From an uncultured delta proteobacterium (lineage in GTDB: Bacteria > Desulfobacterota > Desulfobaccia > Desulfobaccales > 0-14-0-80-60-11), in NCBI GenBank assembly GCA_963812015.1, contig CAWETI010000002.1:160001-224000 (forward strand): a DNA stretch of 64,000 nt, given 5' to 3'. This document shows positions 55,106 through 64,000 of the stretch, piece after piece. A program made the translations under genes and the position numbers. The notes under the pieces are model-generated. The model was given only the letters and a program-made list of their open reading frames with translations. It had not been told where the DNA came from and did not search any database. Position 1 is the first letter of the stretch. Each line of letters starts with the position of its first letter.

Positions 55106-57628
55106 TTACAGGATCGACAGGCGTTCGTCGTAGATGAATTCCCGGGTATGGCGGGCCACCCGTTCCGGTTCTATGTGGATTCTGGCGGTGCCCGTTGCCA
55201 TGGCGGCCCGGGCCACGGCCTCGGCCACCACCGGGGGCACGCGGAAATCCATGGCTTCCGGCAGGATATAGCCCGGGCTGAGTTTGTCGCCCACCAGGCC
55301 GGCGATGGCGTGGGCCGCGGCAATGTTCATGGCATCGTTGATGCCCCGGGCCCGGATGTCCAGGGCCCCCCGAAAAATGCCGGGGAAGGCCAGGCAGTTG
55401 TTCACCTGGTTAGGGAAATCCGAGCGGCCCGTGGCCACTACCAGGGCCCCGGCCGCCCGGGCGGCCTCGGGGTGAATTTCCGGGTCCGGATTGGCGAGGG
55501 CGAAGACGATGGGGTTATCGGCCATGGATCTCACCATGTCCTGGGAAAGGACGTTGGGGCCCGAAAGCCCGATGAAGACCTCGGCGCCCCGCAAGGCATC
55601 GGCCAGGCAGCCCTGCTGCCGGTCCGGGTTGGTGATGGCCGCCAACTCCTCCTTGATGGGGTTCATGCCCTTGCCGCGACCCTGGTAAATGACCCCGGTG
55701 GTGTCGCACACCGTGATGTTTTTGGCGCCGGCCTGGATCAACAGCTTGGTCACGGAAATGGCCGAGGCCCCGGCCCCGTTGAAAACGATCTTGACCTCGC
55801 CAAGTTTCCGGTCAGTGATCTTCAAGGCATTGACCATGGCGGCCAGGGACACCACCGCAGTGCCATGCTGGTCGTCGTGGAAGACCGGGATATCCAGTCG
55901 GGCGCATAATCTTTGCTCGATGTCGAAGCACCGGGGCGAGGAAATGTCTTCCAGGTTAATGCCGGCAAAAACGGGAGAGATATTCTCCACCACCTCCACG
56001 ATCCGGTCGGGTTCCTGGGTGCTGATGCAGATGGGAAAGGCCTCTACCCCCCCGAAGGTTTTAAACAAGATGGCCTTGCCTTCCATCACCGGCAGGGCCG
56101 CCCGGGGGCCGATATTCCCCAGGCCCAGGACCGCGCTGCCATCCGTGACGATGGCCACTAGATTATTCTTGCAGGTATAGTCATAGGCGCCCATGGGGTC
56201 CTGGAGGATTTTGGTACAGACCTCGGCAATCGGCCCCGGGGCATACAACCGGTTATAAATGACCTCATCCTTGATGGGCACCTTGGCATAAACCTGGATG
56301 CACCCCTGGTAGCGGCGGTGCAGCTCCACTGCCTCTTCATCGATACTCAACGACCCGTAGTCCTGGCCTTTCGAGGGTAGCCAGGCCAGCTCCCCTTCAT
56401 AAATATAACTTTCGGTCCGCTCGTGAATCCTTTCTGGCGTGACGACCTCACGAGTCATCTGGGCCACCCCGGTTTCTTGAGCCGCCCGGGCCACCGCCTC
56501 GGCAATTACCGGGGAAATGTGCCAGTCCATTTGCCGGGGAATGATGTTTTGGGGCGACAGCTTGGCTTCCGGAATCATGTCAGCCAGGGCTCGGGCTGCC
56601 GCCAGGTACATGTCGATGTTGACCCGGTGGGCCCCAACGTCCAGGCACCCCCGGAAAAATCCGGGTGTCACCAGGGATGAACGTATCTGGTTCTCACTGT
56701 CCGCCTGGCCCGTGGCCACCACCGCGGCGCCCCCGGCCTTGGCTGCCGCTTCGCTGATCTCGGGCTCCGGCAGGGCCAGGGCGAAGACGATGGGGTCTTT
56801 GGCCATGCTGGCCACCATTTCCCGGCTGACCAACCCGCCGGCGGAGAGGCCGATGAACACATCCGCCCCCTTGATGACCTCGGCCAGGCTGCCCTCGACG
56901 TCCTGGGGACCCACCAGTCGCGCGATCTCCGATTTGGCCCAGTCCATCCCCACGGTGCGGTAAACCCGGAGAGCCCCATGTCGGTCGCAAATGACGATGT
57001 TATTGTTACCGGCCACCACCAGCCCTTTGGCCACGCCGGTACCCGCGGCACCGACGCCGTTAATGACAATGCGCACGTCGCTCAGGCTCTTGCCCACCAC
57101 CTTGAGGGCGTTATAGAGGGCCGCCAGGACGATAATTCCTGAAGCGTGGTTTTCGTGGTGGAGCACCGACACCCGGACGGCGTTCCTGATCCGGTTTTCA
57201 ATGGTAAAGCATTTGGGCGCGGCGATACTTTCTAGGCAAAATCCTCCGAAGGACGGGGCCAGGACCCGGACGATCTCGATAATTTCATATGGATCCTGGG
57301 TTTTCAGGGCGATGGGGACCGCGTCCACGTTGGCAAAAGTCTTATAGAGAACTGACTTGGCCTCTAATTTGGGCAAGACCGCCGCGGCCCCGATATTGCC
57401 GAACTCATAAACCTGGCTGCCGTCAGAGATGAGGGCAATGGAATTGCCCCGGCAGGTATATTGGTAGGAAGAGGCGGGATTCCTGGCGATTTCTTTGCAC
57501 ACCGCCCCCACCCCGGGGGTGTAAATGCGGCTCAAAACCGAGACATCCCGGATGGGCATTTTGCTCCTGACCCCGATTAAACCACGATATCGCCGCCGAT
57601 AATCCAGAGCATCCGATTCGTTATCCAT
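55106..57628 (-). CDS. Tandem-duplicated NAD(P)-dependent malic enzyme (two ME units in one chain)
   Basis: Two ~420-aa homologous halves. C-half: TDGSAVLGLGNIG, MEGK, NLEDI, HDDQHGT, GAGAS, ANPDPE, NQVNN. Confidence 0.92.
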   Translation of the reverse strand: MDNESDALDYRRRYRGLIGVRSKMPIRDVSVLSRIYTPGVGAVCKEIARNPASSYQYTCRGNSIALISDGSQVYEFGNIGAAAVLPKLEAKSVLYKTFANVDAVPIALKTQDPYEIIEIVRVLAPSFGGFCLESIAAPKCFTIENRIRNAVRVSVLHHENHASGIIVLAALYNALKVVGKSLSDVRIVINGVGAAGTGVAKGLVVAGNNNIVICDRHGALRVYRTVGMDWAKSEIARLVGPQDVEGSLAEVIKGADVFIGLSAGGLVSREMVASMAKDPIVFALALPEPEISEAAAKAGGAAVVATGQADSENQIRSSLVTPGFFRGCLDVGAHRVNIDMYLAAARALADMIPEAKLSPQNIIPRQMDWHISPVIAEAVARAAQETGVAQMTREVVTPERIHERTESYIYEGELAWLPSKGQDYGSLSIDEEAVELHRRYQGCIQVYAKVPIKDEVIYNRLYAPGPIAEVCTKILQDPMGAYDYTCKNNLVAIVTDGSAVLGLGNIGPRAALPVMEGKAILFKTFGGVEAFPICISTQEPDRIVEVVENISPVFAGINLEDISSPRCFDIEQRLCARLDIPVFHDDQHGTAVVSLAAMVNALKITDRKLGEVKIVFNGAGASAISVTKLLIQAGAKNITVCDTTGVIYQGRGKGMNPIKEELAAITNPDRQQGCLADALRGAEVFIGLSGPNVLSQDMVRSMADNPIVFALANPDPEIHPEAARAAGALVVATGRSDFPNQVNNCLAFPGIFRGALDIRARGINDAMNIAAAHAIAGLVGDKLSPGYILPEAMDFRVPPVVAEAVARAAMATGTARIHIEPERVARHTREFIYDERLSIL

Positions 57629-57849
57629 ATATCCCTACCTTGCGTGGCGATCAGCCATAAATCTTCAGATGAATTCCTTATGTGTATAATGGAGTTTAAA
57701 CCTCAGGCTGGCAAGGTCATTTTGACGTTGACCTGAAATACTCGCTTTACCGACACCTGCACCCCGGGCCCCTGGGCTTGGCGCCGCCGGGGGTTCCGGC
57801 GAGCTTCTCAGCCGCACGATCCCCCGCCCGTGGAGGCCGGCAGGCTTTA

Positions 57850-60474
57850 TCAGGATGCGGCATGATCGGCCCGGCGGCGGGGCAGGGAGAAATAAAAGGT
57901 GGCCCCGCCGTCGACCTGGCCTTCGGCCCAGACGCGGCCGCCATGCCGTTGGACGATGCGCTGCACCAGGGCCAGCCCCACCCCGGTCCCTTCAAATTCC
58001 TCATAGCGGTGCAACCGCTGAAACACCCCGAATAACTTATGGGCATATTGCGCATCGAAGCCCACGCCGTTGTCCTTGACGTAATAGACCTCCTCGTCTC
58101 CGGCGCTCCGGCAACCCACCTCGATGACCGCCGCTTCCCGGGGACGGGTAAATTTGAGGGCATTGTCCAGAAGATTGACCCAGACCTGGTGCATCAAGGC
58201 CCGGTCAGCCCGGGTGGCGGAGAGGGGCTTGAGGTCCCACTCCACCGCCCGGCTCCCCAGGGTGTCTTTGAGCTCCCCCACCACGTCCCGGACCAGCCGC
58301 TCCATGTCCAGGGCGGCGACCTTCACCGCCCGGCGGCCCAACCGGGAAAAGGCCAGGAGGTCGTCGATGAGCTGGGCCATTTTCCCGGTATTGACCCGGA
58401 TGATATCCAACAACCGATGCCCTTCGGCATTCAGGCCGACGGCATGGTCTTTCAGGAGAATCCGGGAGAAACCGTCAATGGCCCGGAGGGGCGCCCGCAG
58501 GTCATGGGAGACGGAATAGGAAAAACTTTCCAGCTCCCGGTTGGCCGCCTCCAGTTGGGCCGTGCGCCTTTGCACCCGCTGTTCCAGCTCCTCATTGAGT
58601 TGGTGGATCTCTTGCTCGGCTTTTTTCCGGTCCGTGACGTCATTGAGGGCAAAGACCAGAAAATCCACCTCACCCGCGTCAGCCAATATCGGCACCAGGG
58701 TCCAATCCCAGTAAGTCACGCCCCATTCCGGGTGATCGGGAAAGATAAAGGGTTTGGCCACGGCCTGGTAAGGCAGCTTGGTCCTTACCACCCGGGTGAA
58801 GATGGCCTGGTTTTCCTCGCCGGGATATAAGGCGAAATGATTGTGGCCCGGGAACTCCGAGACGTCTCGCTGGCAGGCGTGGGCATAAGCCGCATTCACC
58901 CGGATGAAGTTGAACTCCTTATCCAGGAACACCAGGGGGGTGATGGTGTGGGCAAAGAAGGCCTCCAGGCTGCGGGTCTTTTCCTTGAGGATTTCTTCGG
59001 CCCGCTTGCGCTCGGTGATGTCTATGCCCAACTCCAGGACCAGTGGGGAACCGTCGCTGTCGGCAAAGGGATAGTCATAGGTATGGTAGGTCCTCTCCCC
59101 CCGGTGGGTCCACTCCCGCTCCTGGGGTTCGTGGGTGTCCAAGACCATCATGACCCGGCAATCTTCGCAAGGAGTATCATGCCCGTGCATAACTTGGTAA
59201 CACGGGCGGCCGCCGGGGTCCCCGAACCGTTCCCGGAAAAAGCGGTTGGCAAACTTGATGGAATAATCCGGTGCCTTCAGGTTCACGTAGGCGGGCAGCT
59301 CCTCCAGGAGGGACATGAGGCGCCGGCGTTCCGCCTCCAGGGCCGTTTCGGCCCAACGCAGGGCCGTAATGTCCCGGATCACCCCGATGACCCCCAGGGG
59401 CCCGCCTGAGGGATCGGTTATGAGGGAAGCATTGATCAATACCGGGACCTCGTGCCGGTCTTTGGTTAAGAGGCTGCACTCCAGGTCCCGTTTGTAGCCC
59501 TCCTCCAGACAGGCGGTAAGACCGGCTAGGGCCTTGAGGCCATCCCGGTCTGCCACCAGCTTGGTGGCCAGTTCTCCCAAGACTTCCCGGCCCCAGCCGA
59601 AATATTCCGTCAGGGCTTTGTTAATGTGGGTAATGCGTCCCCTGAGGTCGGTGATGATCACCCCGTCCAGCATGCCGTCAACGGTCTGAACCGCCATGCC
59701 GGCGGCCGCCGCGGCTTCCTGGGCTCGCATGGTTTCCTCGGCGCTCATGCCAATTTGCCGCCCCGCCATGACGATTCCCACCACCCCCAGCATCCAGAGC
59801 ATCAGGTGCCCCAGGATGAGAGACCAGGTATGCCAGCCCGTCGTCATTATGGGATTCATGGGCACCGACACGCTGATGCCCCCCCGGATGTCGCCCACCT
59901 TGTATCCCTGCTCCTCATGGCAGGTAAGGCAGCTGGGATCGATGCGGAAGGGACGCATCAGACGCATATGGTCCTTGCCATCGATGAGGACCACTTCGCT
60001 GACTTCCTCGCGGCCGTGTTCAAAAGCCTCCAGGGCCTTTCGTTCCCATGGATCAGGGGCGTTTTGGGGGCGGAGGGGCTTCAAACTGGTAAGGTGCCCT
60101 TGGGGAAGACCGGACTGTTGGGCCAATTCATATACCTGGCGGGTCACATAGGCCGGGTTCAGCAAAGTGAGCCGGCGGCCCGAGGGCGTGACGATATCCC
60201 GCTCCGGCAGCTGGGCCAGGTAGGGAGTGGGAGGCGTGTTGGGAGTCACCCAGACATAAACGCCCCCGTGGGCCGCGGCCCAGCGCCGGTAGAGCACGTC
60301 CCGCTCATAATTGGTCAACGCAATATGACGGGCCACCCGTAAATCCTCTTCCCTGTCTTGAAACAGATTCCACCCCAGTGACGCCGCCGCCACCAGGGTC
60401 CATACCCCTACCACGATCCAGCCATAGTGCTTTAGGGGGATCGAGTGCCTCTTGCTTTTCGCGTCTGCGTGCAT
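57850..60474 (-). CDS. Membrane sensor histidine kinase with periplasmic DUF3365/Tll0287-like c-heme domain and three PAS domains
   Basis: HGGVY, LNPA, TSLKPLRPQNAPDPWE, CLTCH, GDIRGGISV; SYSVSHDLRAPL; NLLDNALKF; GTGVGL. Confidence 0.92.
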   Translation of the reverse strand: MHADAKSKRHSIPLKHYGWIVVGVWTLVAAASLGWNLFQDREEDLRVARHIALTNYERDVLYRRWAAAHGGVYVWVTPNTPPTPYLAQLPERDIVTPSGRRLTLLNPAYVTRQVYELAQQSGLPQGHLTSLKPLRPQNAPDPWERKALEAFEHGREEVSEVVLIDGKDHMRLMRPFRIDPSCLTCHEEQGYKVGDIRGGISVSVPMNPIMTTGWHTWSLILGHLMLWMLGVVGIVMAGRQIGMSAEETMRAQEAAAAAGMAVQTVDGMLDGVIITDLRGRITHINKALTEYFGWGREVLGELATKLVADRDGLKALAGLTACLEEGYKRDLECSLLTKDRHEVPVLINASLITDPSGGPLGVIGVIRDITALRWAETALEAERRRLMSLLEELPAYVNLKAPDYSIKFANRFFRERFGDPGGRPCYQVMHGHDTPCEDCRVMMVLDTHEPQEREWTHRGERTYHTYDYPFADSDGSPLVLELGIDITERKRAEEILKEKTRSLEAFFAHTITPLVFLDKEFNFIRVNAAYAHACQRDVSEFPGHNHFALYPGEENQAIFTRVVRTKLPYQAVAKPFIFPDHPEWGVTYWDWTLVPILADAGEVDFLVFALNDVTDRKKAEQEIHQLNEELEQRVQRRTAQLEAANRELESFSYSVSHDLRAPLRAIDGFSRILLKDHAVGLNAEGHRLLDIIRVNTGKMAQLIDDLLAFSRLGRRAVKVAALDMERLVRDVVGELKDTLGSRAVEWDLKPLSATRADRALMHQVWVNLLDNALKFTRPREAAVIEVGCRSAGDEEVYYVKDNGVGFDAQYAHKLFGVFQRLHRYEEFEGTGVGLALVQRIVQRHGGRVWAEGQVDGGATFYFSLPRRRADHAAS

Positions 60475-61011
60475 AACGGCTCCGTTATACCAGCATCTTC
60501 ACAGATCCCGGTCGAGACCCCGTAGTCAGGCCGCCGTCCTGTGCTTCCCGTTAGTGCATCCTTCCGGCCGGATATCATGGCTCCGACGCCTAATCTCAGT
60601 ATATCAATAAATTATAAAATTTTTTGCCCAGATATAAAGGACCGGATAAATAGCTGCTTCTGGACCTTGGAGCGAGGGACGGCGGGAATGATTGCCGCCG
60701 CTGGACCGTGAACCTTAAACCATTTTCACGTGTCCCGTTAAAGACCCAGGTCCCAGGGCGAGGCGAACCGGAAGGATAACGCCGCGGCGGAACTTCTGGA
60801 AGCGACAGCCAAACTAAAACAATTAAGCGCCAAACTCATGGAACTCTCGGAAGTGATGAAAAAAGTAGAAGCAGGGCAAGGCCGGCTGCAGAAAGTGGAA
60901 GAAAAACTGTTTCTCGAAAGTTTTAGTCAAAAGTCGTTTTTTGACCGCATCGGTAACGGAAAAGATTAGCAGGGCTCGAAAGTGGCGTAACCTAGGGGCA
61001 GGCATTCACGG

Positions 61012-62670
61012 TCATTTATCCTGGATAGCGCTGGAGGAAGAGGGTTCCAGGGGGGCTTCCGCTAACCTGCCCTGGAGCGCCGCGGGACCCTCTATCTTCC
61101 GATCCCTGATGATGCCCGTGGCCTTTTCCCGCACTATCTTTCTCATGTCGAAAAGGTCCTCGCCCTCGACGCAGGTCACGAAATATTGCTTGAACCGTGT
61201 CGGGTTTTGTCTCCACATGCCCAGCAACTGGGTCCAGACCTGACGCCGGTATGATGGCCGCAACCCTTGCCACCAGAGGATTTTGAAAAAAGCCTTGATA
61301 TCGATTAATATCCTGCGCCAAGTCATGCCCTGATCAGGGACGCGGTCCTCCGGCAAAGTCCCCCCGGCGGCGACCGCCTGGGCCTTGCGAGCCGGCCGCA
61401 TGGCCAGATAATAGCGGTAGGCCCTTGCCAGGTAACGGGAAGGTTCGTACAGGTAGTCCCAGGCATCGACGTATTCCTGCATGATGTCGGCTTCCGGCCG
61501 ATCCGGTTCGTAGTTCAAGGCTGAGAAGGTCCCCAGGTTATCTCCCACATCGGCTCGCAGCCGCCCTTCTTTCCCCAGTCGATGCCACAGGCTGGTATGC
61601 GGTGCGGCCTGCAGGACCCCAAGCATGGTCACGGGTATGGCGGTCTGTTCTATAAAGGCGCAGATGCGCTCGCCGGCCCCTTTTGTTTCCCCGTCCAGAC
61701 CGATGATGAAACTGCCGATAACCTCCATGCCATTCTTCTTGAGGGTGTACAGCGATTCTATGAGCGGGTTCTTGATGTTGTGAAATTTGTGGCTGGTATG
61801 CAGCACATTCTCATCCGGAGACTCGATCCCGATAAAAACTTCCCTCAGGTTGGCCGCGGTCATGAGGTCGATCATTTCCGGATCCTGCCCCAGGTTCACC
61901 GAGGCCTGGGTCAAGAAGCTGAAGGGTTCGCCTCGACTCCTCATCCAGGGGGTGAGTTCTTCCAGGAAGGCCCGGGCGCGCTTCTTACTGCCGATGAAGT
62001 TGTCATCGCAGATGAACACGGAACCCCTGGCCCCGAGCCGGTGGAGGGCCTCCAGTTCGGCGATGACCTGCTTCGGGGTTTTGTAACGGGGTATGCGTCC
62101 GAAAAGGTTCACCACATCGCAAAATTCGCAGTCAAACGGGCATCCCCGGGAAGTCTGAATCGTCATAGTGGCGTAATCGCTCAGCCGCAACAGATCAAAC
62201 CGCGGGACCGGCGAGGTGGTCATGTCCGGCTTCTCTACGCTATTTTCGATTATCCCGGTCTTGCCGAGTCTCATCGCCTCCAGGAGCAAAGGAATCGTAT
62301 TCTCGCCCTCGCCCCGCACCACAAAATCACAACCGGCCTCCAGAACGGCCTCAGGGAGTGAAGTGGGGTGGGGTCCCCCGGCTACGACGGTTTTCCCCCG
62401 GCGCTTGGCTTCTCGCACCAGGGCCAACAAGCCCGCCCTTTGAATGTACATGGCCGATATCAAAACCAGATCGGCCCACTGCCAATCTTCCTCCGTCAGG
62501 CTCCTGGTGTTGAGATCGGCCAGACGCAGTTCCCATTCAGCGGGCAGCAAGGCTGCCACCGTAATCAAACCCAACGGTGGATTAACCGTTTTATTACCCT
62601 GGAGCCGGCAAGATTTCTGGAAACTCCAAAAGGAAAGGGGGAATTGGGGACATACCAACAAAGCCCGCAT
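61012..62670 (-). CDS. B12-binding radical SAM protein (DUF4070/HpnP-like family)
   Basis: PPLGLITVAALLP, GGPH, GEGE, RGCPFDCEFC, DDNFIG; ATG 62670 with gaggag SD. Confidence 0.9.
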   Translation of the reverse strand: MRALLVCPQFPLSFWSFQKSCRLQGNKTVNPPLGLITVAALLPAEWELRLADLNTRSLTEEDWQWADLVLISAMYIQRAGLLALVREAKRRGKTVVAGGPHPTSLPEAVLEAGCDFVVRGEGENTIPLLLEAMRLGKTGIIENSVEKPDMTTSPVPRFDLLRLSDYATMTIQTSRGCPFDCEFCDVVNLFGRIPRYKTPKQVIAELEALHRLGARGSVFICDDNFIGSKKRARAFLEELTPWMRSRGEPFSFLTQASVNLGQDPEMIDLMTAANLREVFIGIESPDENVLHTSHKFHNIKNPLIESLYTLKKNGMEVIGSFIIGLDGETKGAGERICAFIEQTAIPVTMLGVLQAAPHTSLWHRLGKEGRLRADVGDNLGTFSALNYEPDRPEADIMQEYVDAWDYLYEPSRYLARAYRYYLAMRPARKAQAVAAGGTLPEDRVPDQGMTWRRILIDIKAFFKILWWQGLRPSYRRQVWTQLLGMWRQNPTRFKQYFVTCVEGEDLFDMRKIVREKATGIIRDRKIEGPAALQGRLAEAPLEPSSSSAIQDK

Positions 62671-63114
62671 AGCTATAAAACTCCTCACTAATCGATAGTC
62701 GGCGGCAACCAGGCGATGGCTGCCTTAACCAGGTGATCTGAACTCTTTTTGAACCTCGCAACCATCCTCTTTGCGAAAGTAACCCGACTCGTGAGGAGCA
62801 TATTATCACAAAACTCTCCCAAAACCTCTCTCCGCGGTTGTTAGACCTGGAAAAGATCGGTCCAGAGCTGACTTCCTGCCTCAGAACTCAGGATAGCTCC
62901 GACTGATAATGATGAACAAAGAAAGGCGAGGAAAAATGAACCTATCACGTCTTAGGTCGCATGGAGGCATCGACTCTGCCCTCAATCCTAATATCTGGTG
63001 GGGCGGGTATTTTGCTAAGTGAGGCCGGATCTTCTTCCCATACGCCGGCAAGCTGGACCGACGCGCCGGGGCGCACCCGGCTCGGGGTGAAAGCGGGGGT
63101 TTGATCAGGGACCT

Positions 63115-63999
63115 TCAGGCGGCGGATTCATTCCAGGCCAGGAATTTTTTCAAAAAGACTTCCACCACGGTGGGGTCGAGCTGGACGCCGGCCTGTTCCT
63201 GCAAATATGCCCTGACCCTGTCTTGGGGCCAGGCCGGACGGTAGGGGCGGTCGCTGCTCAAGGCATCCCAAACGTCCACTACCGCGAAGATGCGGGCGGC
63301 CAGAGGTATCTCTTCACCTTTCAAGCCCCTGGGGTAACCGCTGCCGTTCCAGCGCTCGTGATGGCAGAAAGGGATGTCCAGGGCCGGGCGCAGATAGGTA
63401 ATGGGGGAGAGCAGTTCATAGGCGTATATGGGGTGCTGCCGCATGAGCACCCACTCTTCCGGGTTTAACGGACCCGGTTTGAGCAGGATGCTGTCAGGGA
63501 CCGCGATCTTGCCGATGTCGTGTAGCAAGGCCCCCCGATAGAGATGGGTGAGATCTCGATCCTCGACCCCCAGGGTCCGGGCCAGTTTCAAGGTTAAGGT
63601 CGTGACCCGCTGGGAGTGCCCCTTGGTTTCAAAGTCCCGCAGTTCCAAGGCCTTGGCCCAGCCCTCCAGGGTGGCCTCGTAGGCCAGGGTGAGTTCCGCA
63701 TGGGAGCGCTGGAGCTCATTAACCAAGGTGGCGTTATCGATGGCGATGGCGGCCTGACCGGCCATGGACTCCAGAAATTCTCGCAGTTCTTCGTCCGCCT
63801 CCAACCTGGTGCGGTGGAAAATTTCTATCACTCCTTTGACCTGTCCCTTATTGATGAGGGGCTCGGCATAGTAGCTGACAAAATCCTCTGAAGGAAACAA
63901 GTTTTGCCCTTGGCCGGCAGTCAGGTCGGGAATAAAGAGAGGCTCGCGGTCCAGGGCCACCGCCCCGGCGTAGCCCTTGCCCATCGGCGCCCGGGCCTG
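63115..63999 (-). CDS. GAF + HD-GYP phosphodiesterase, 5'-truncated by the window edge
   Basis: ETKGHSQRV, LHDIGK, HHERWNGSGYP, RPYR; frame open to the edge. Confidence 0.92.
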   Translation of the reverse strand, partial: QARAPMGKGYAGAVALDREPLFIPDLTAGQGQNLFPSEDFVSYYAEPLINKGQVKGVIEIFHRTRLEADEELREFLESMAGQAAIAIDNATLVNELQRSHAELTLAYEATLEGWAKALELRDFETKGHSQRVTTLTLKLARTLGVEDRDLTHLYRGALLHDIGKIAVPDSILLKPGPLNPEEWVLMRQHPIYAYELLSPITYLRPALDIPFCHHERWNGSGYPRGLKGEEIPLAARIFAVVDVWDALSSDRPYRPAWPQDRVRAYLQEQAGVQLDPTVVEVFLKKFLAWNESAA

Positions 64000-64000
64000 C

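Noticed and set aside
62700..62730. GGCAGCCA-TCGCC-TGGTTGCC hairpin upstream of the radical SAM gene as a riboswitch
   Set aside because: A single hairpin with no recognisable aptamer core.
963..63891. Many long antisense or alternate-frame ORFs (e.g. 963..2213-, 5889..7337+, 12123..13685+, 35482..36846-, 47570..49291-, 53810..54829-)
   Set aside because: They overlap clearly recognisable genes and have no motifs; these are shadow ORFs expected in high-GC DNA.
1..64000. CRISPR array, rRNA, transposase, integrase or prophage structural genes
   Set aside because: No regularly spaced repeat-spacer array or such genes were seen by eye.

Overview
This is a GC-rich chromosomal window from an anaerobic Desulfobacterota / 'Deltaproteobacteria'-type bacterium. 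The taxon is inferred from the complete hmc operon, the ileS-lspA-lgt order and a sigma54 site. Contents, left to right: an AT-rich orphan gene at the edge; TolC; ileS-lspA-lgt-cdsA; a peptide ABC binding protein divergent from tRNA-Pro(CGG); a cysteine synthase/CysRS-like fusion; a MacAB-type exporter operon with a nonsense codon in its ATPase and two intercalated genes (uridine phosphorylase, and an SH3-M15-GH19 peptidoglycan hydrolase); FmdE; a putative K+ uptake operon (CMK-like, kup, APC/KimA-like); a single-chain pyruvate:ferredoxin oxidoreductase; a GSU2403-like protein; cydAB; ubiE/menG; hmcABCDEF (hmcD is absent from the ORF track); two sensor kinases; a USP-gap-baeRF-DUF72-patatin cluster; a tandem-fused malic enzyme; a radical SAM enzyme; and a partial HD-GYP protein. 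Intergenic DNA carries several small repeat families, including a ~183-bp MITE in two copies. The best candidate for a novel system is the fusion at 12195-14507: an intact PLP cysteine synthase joined to a CysRS that has lost HIGH, KMSKS and both Zn cysteines but kept its anticodon-binding domain, which suggests tRNA(Cys) sensing or channelling. Next are the half-dead tandem malic enzyme, the three-domain hydrolase inside the exporter operon, and the cryptic KUP-type transporter. All family calls come from recognising motifs by eye; no searches were run.
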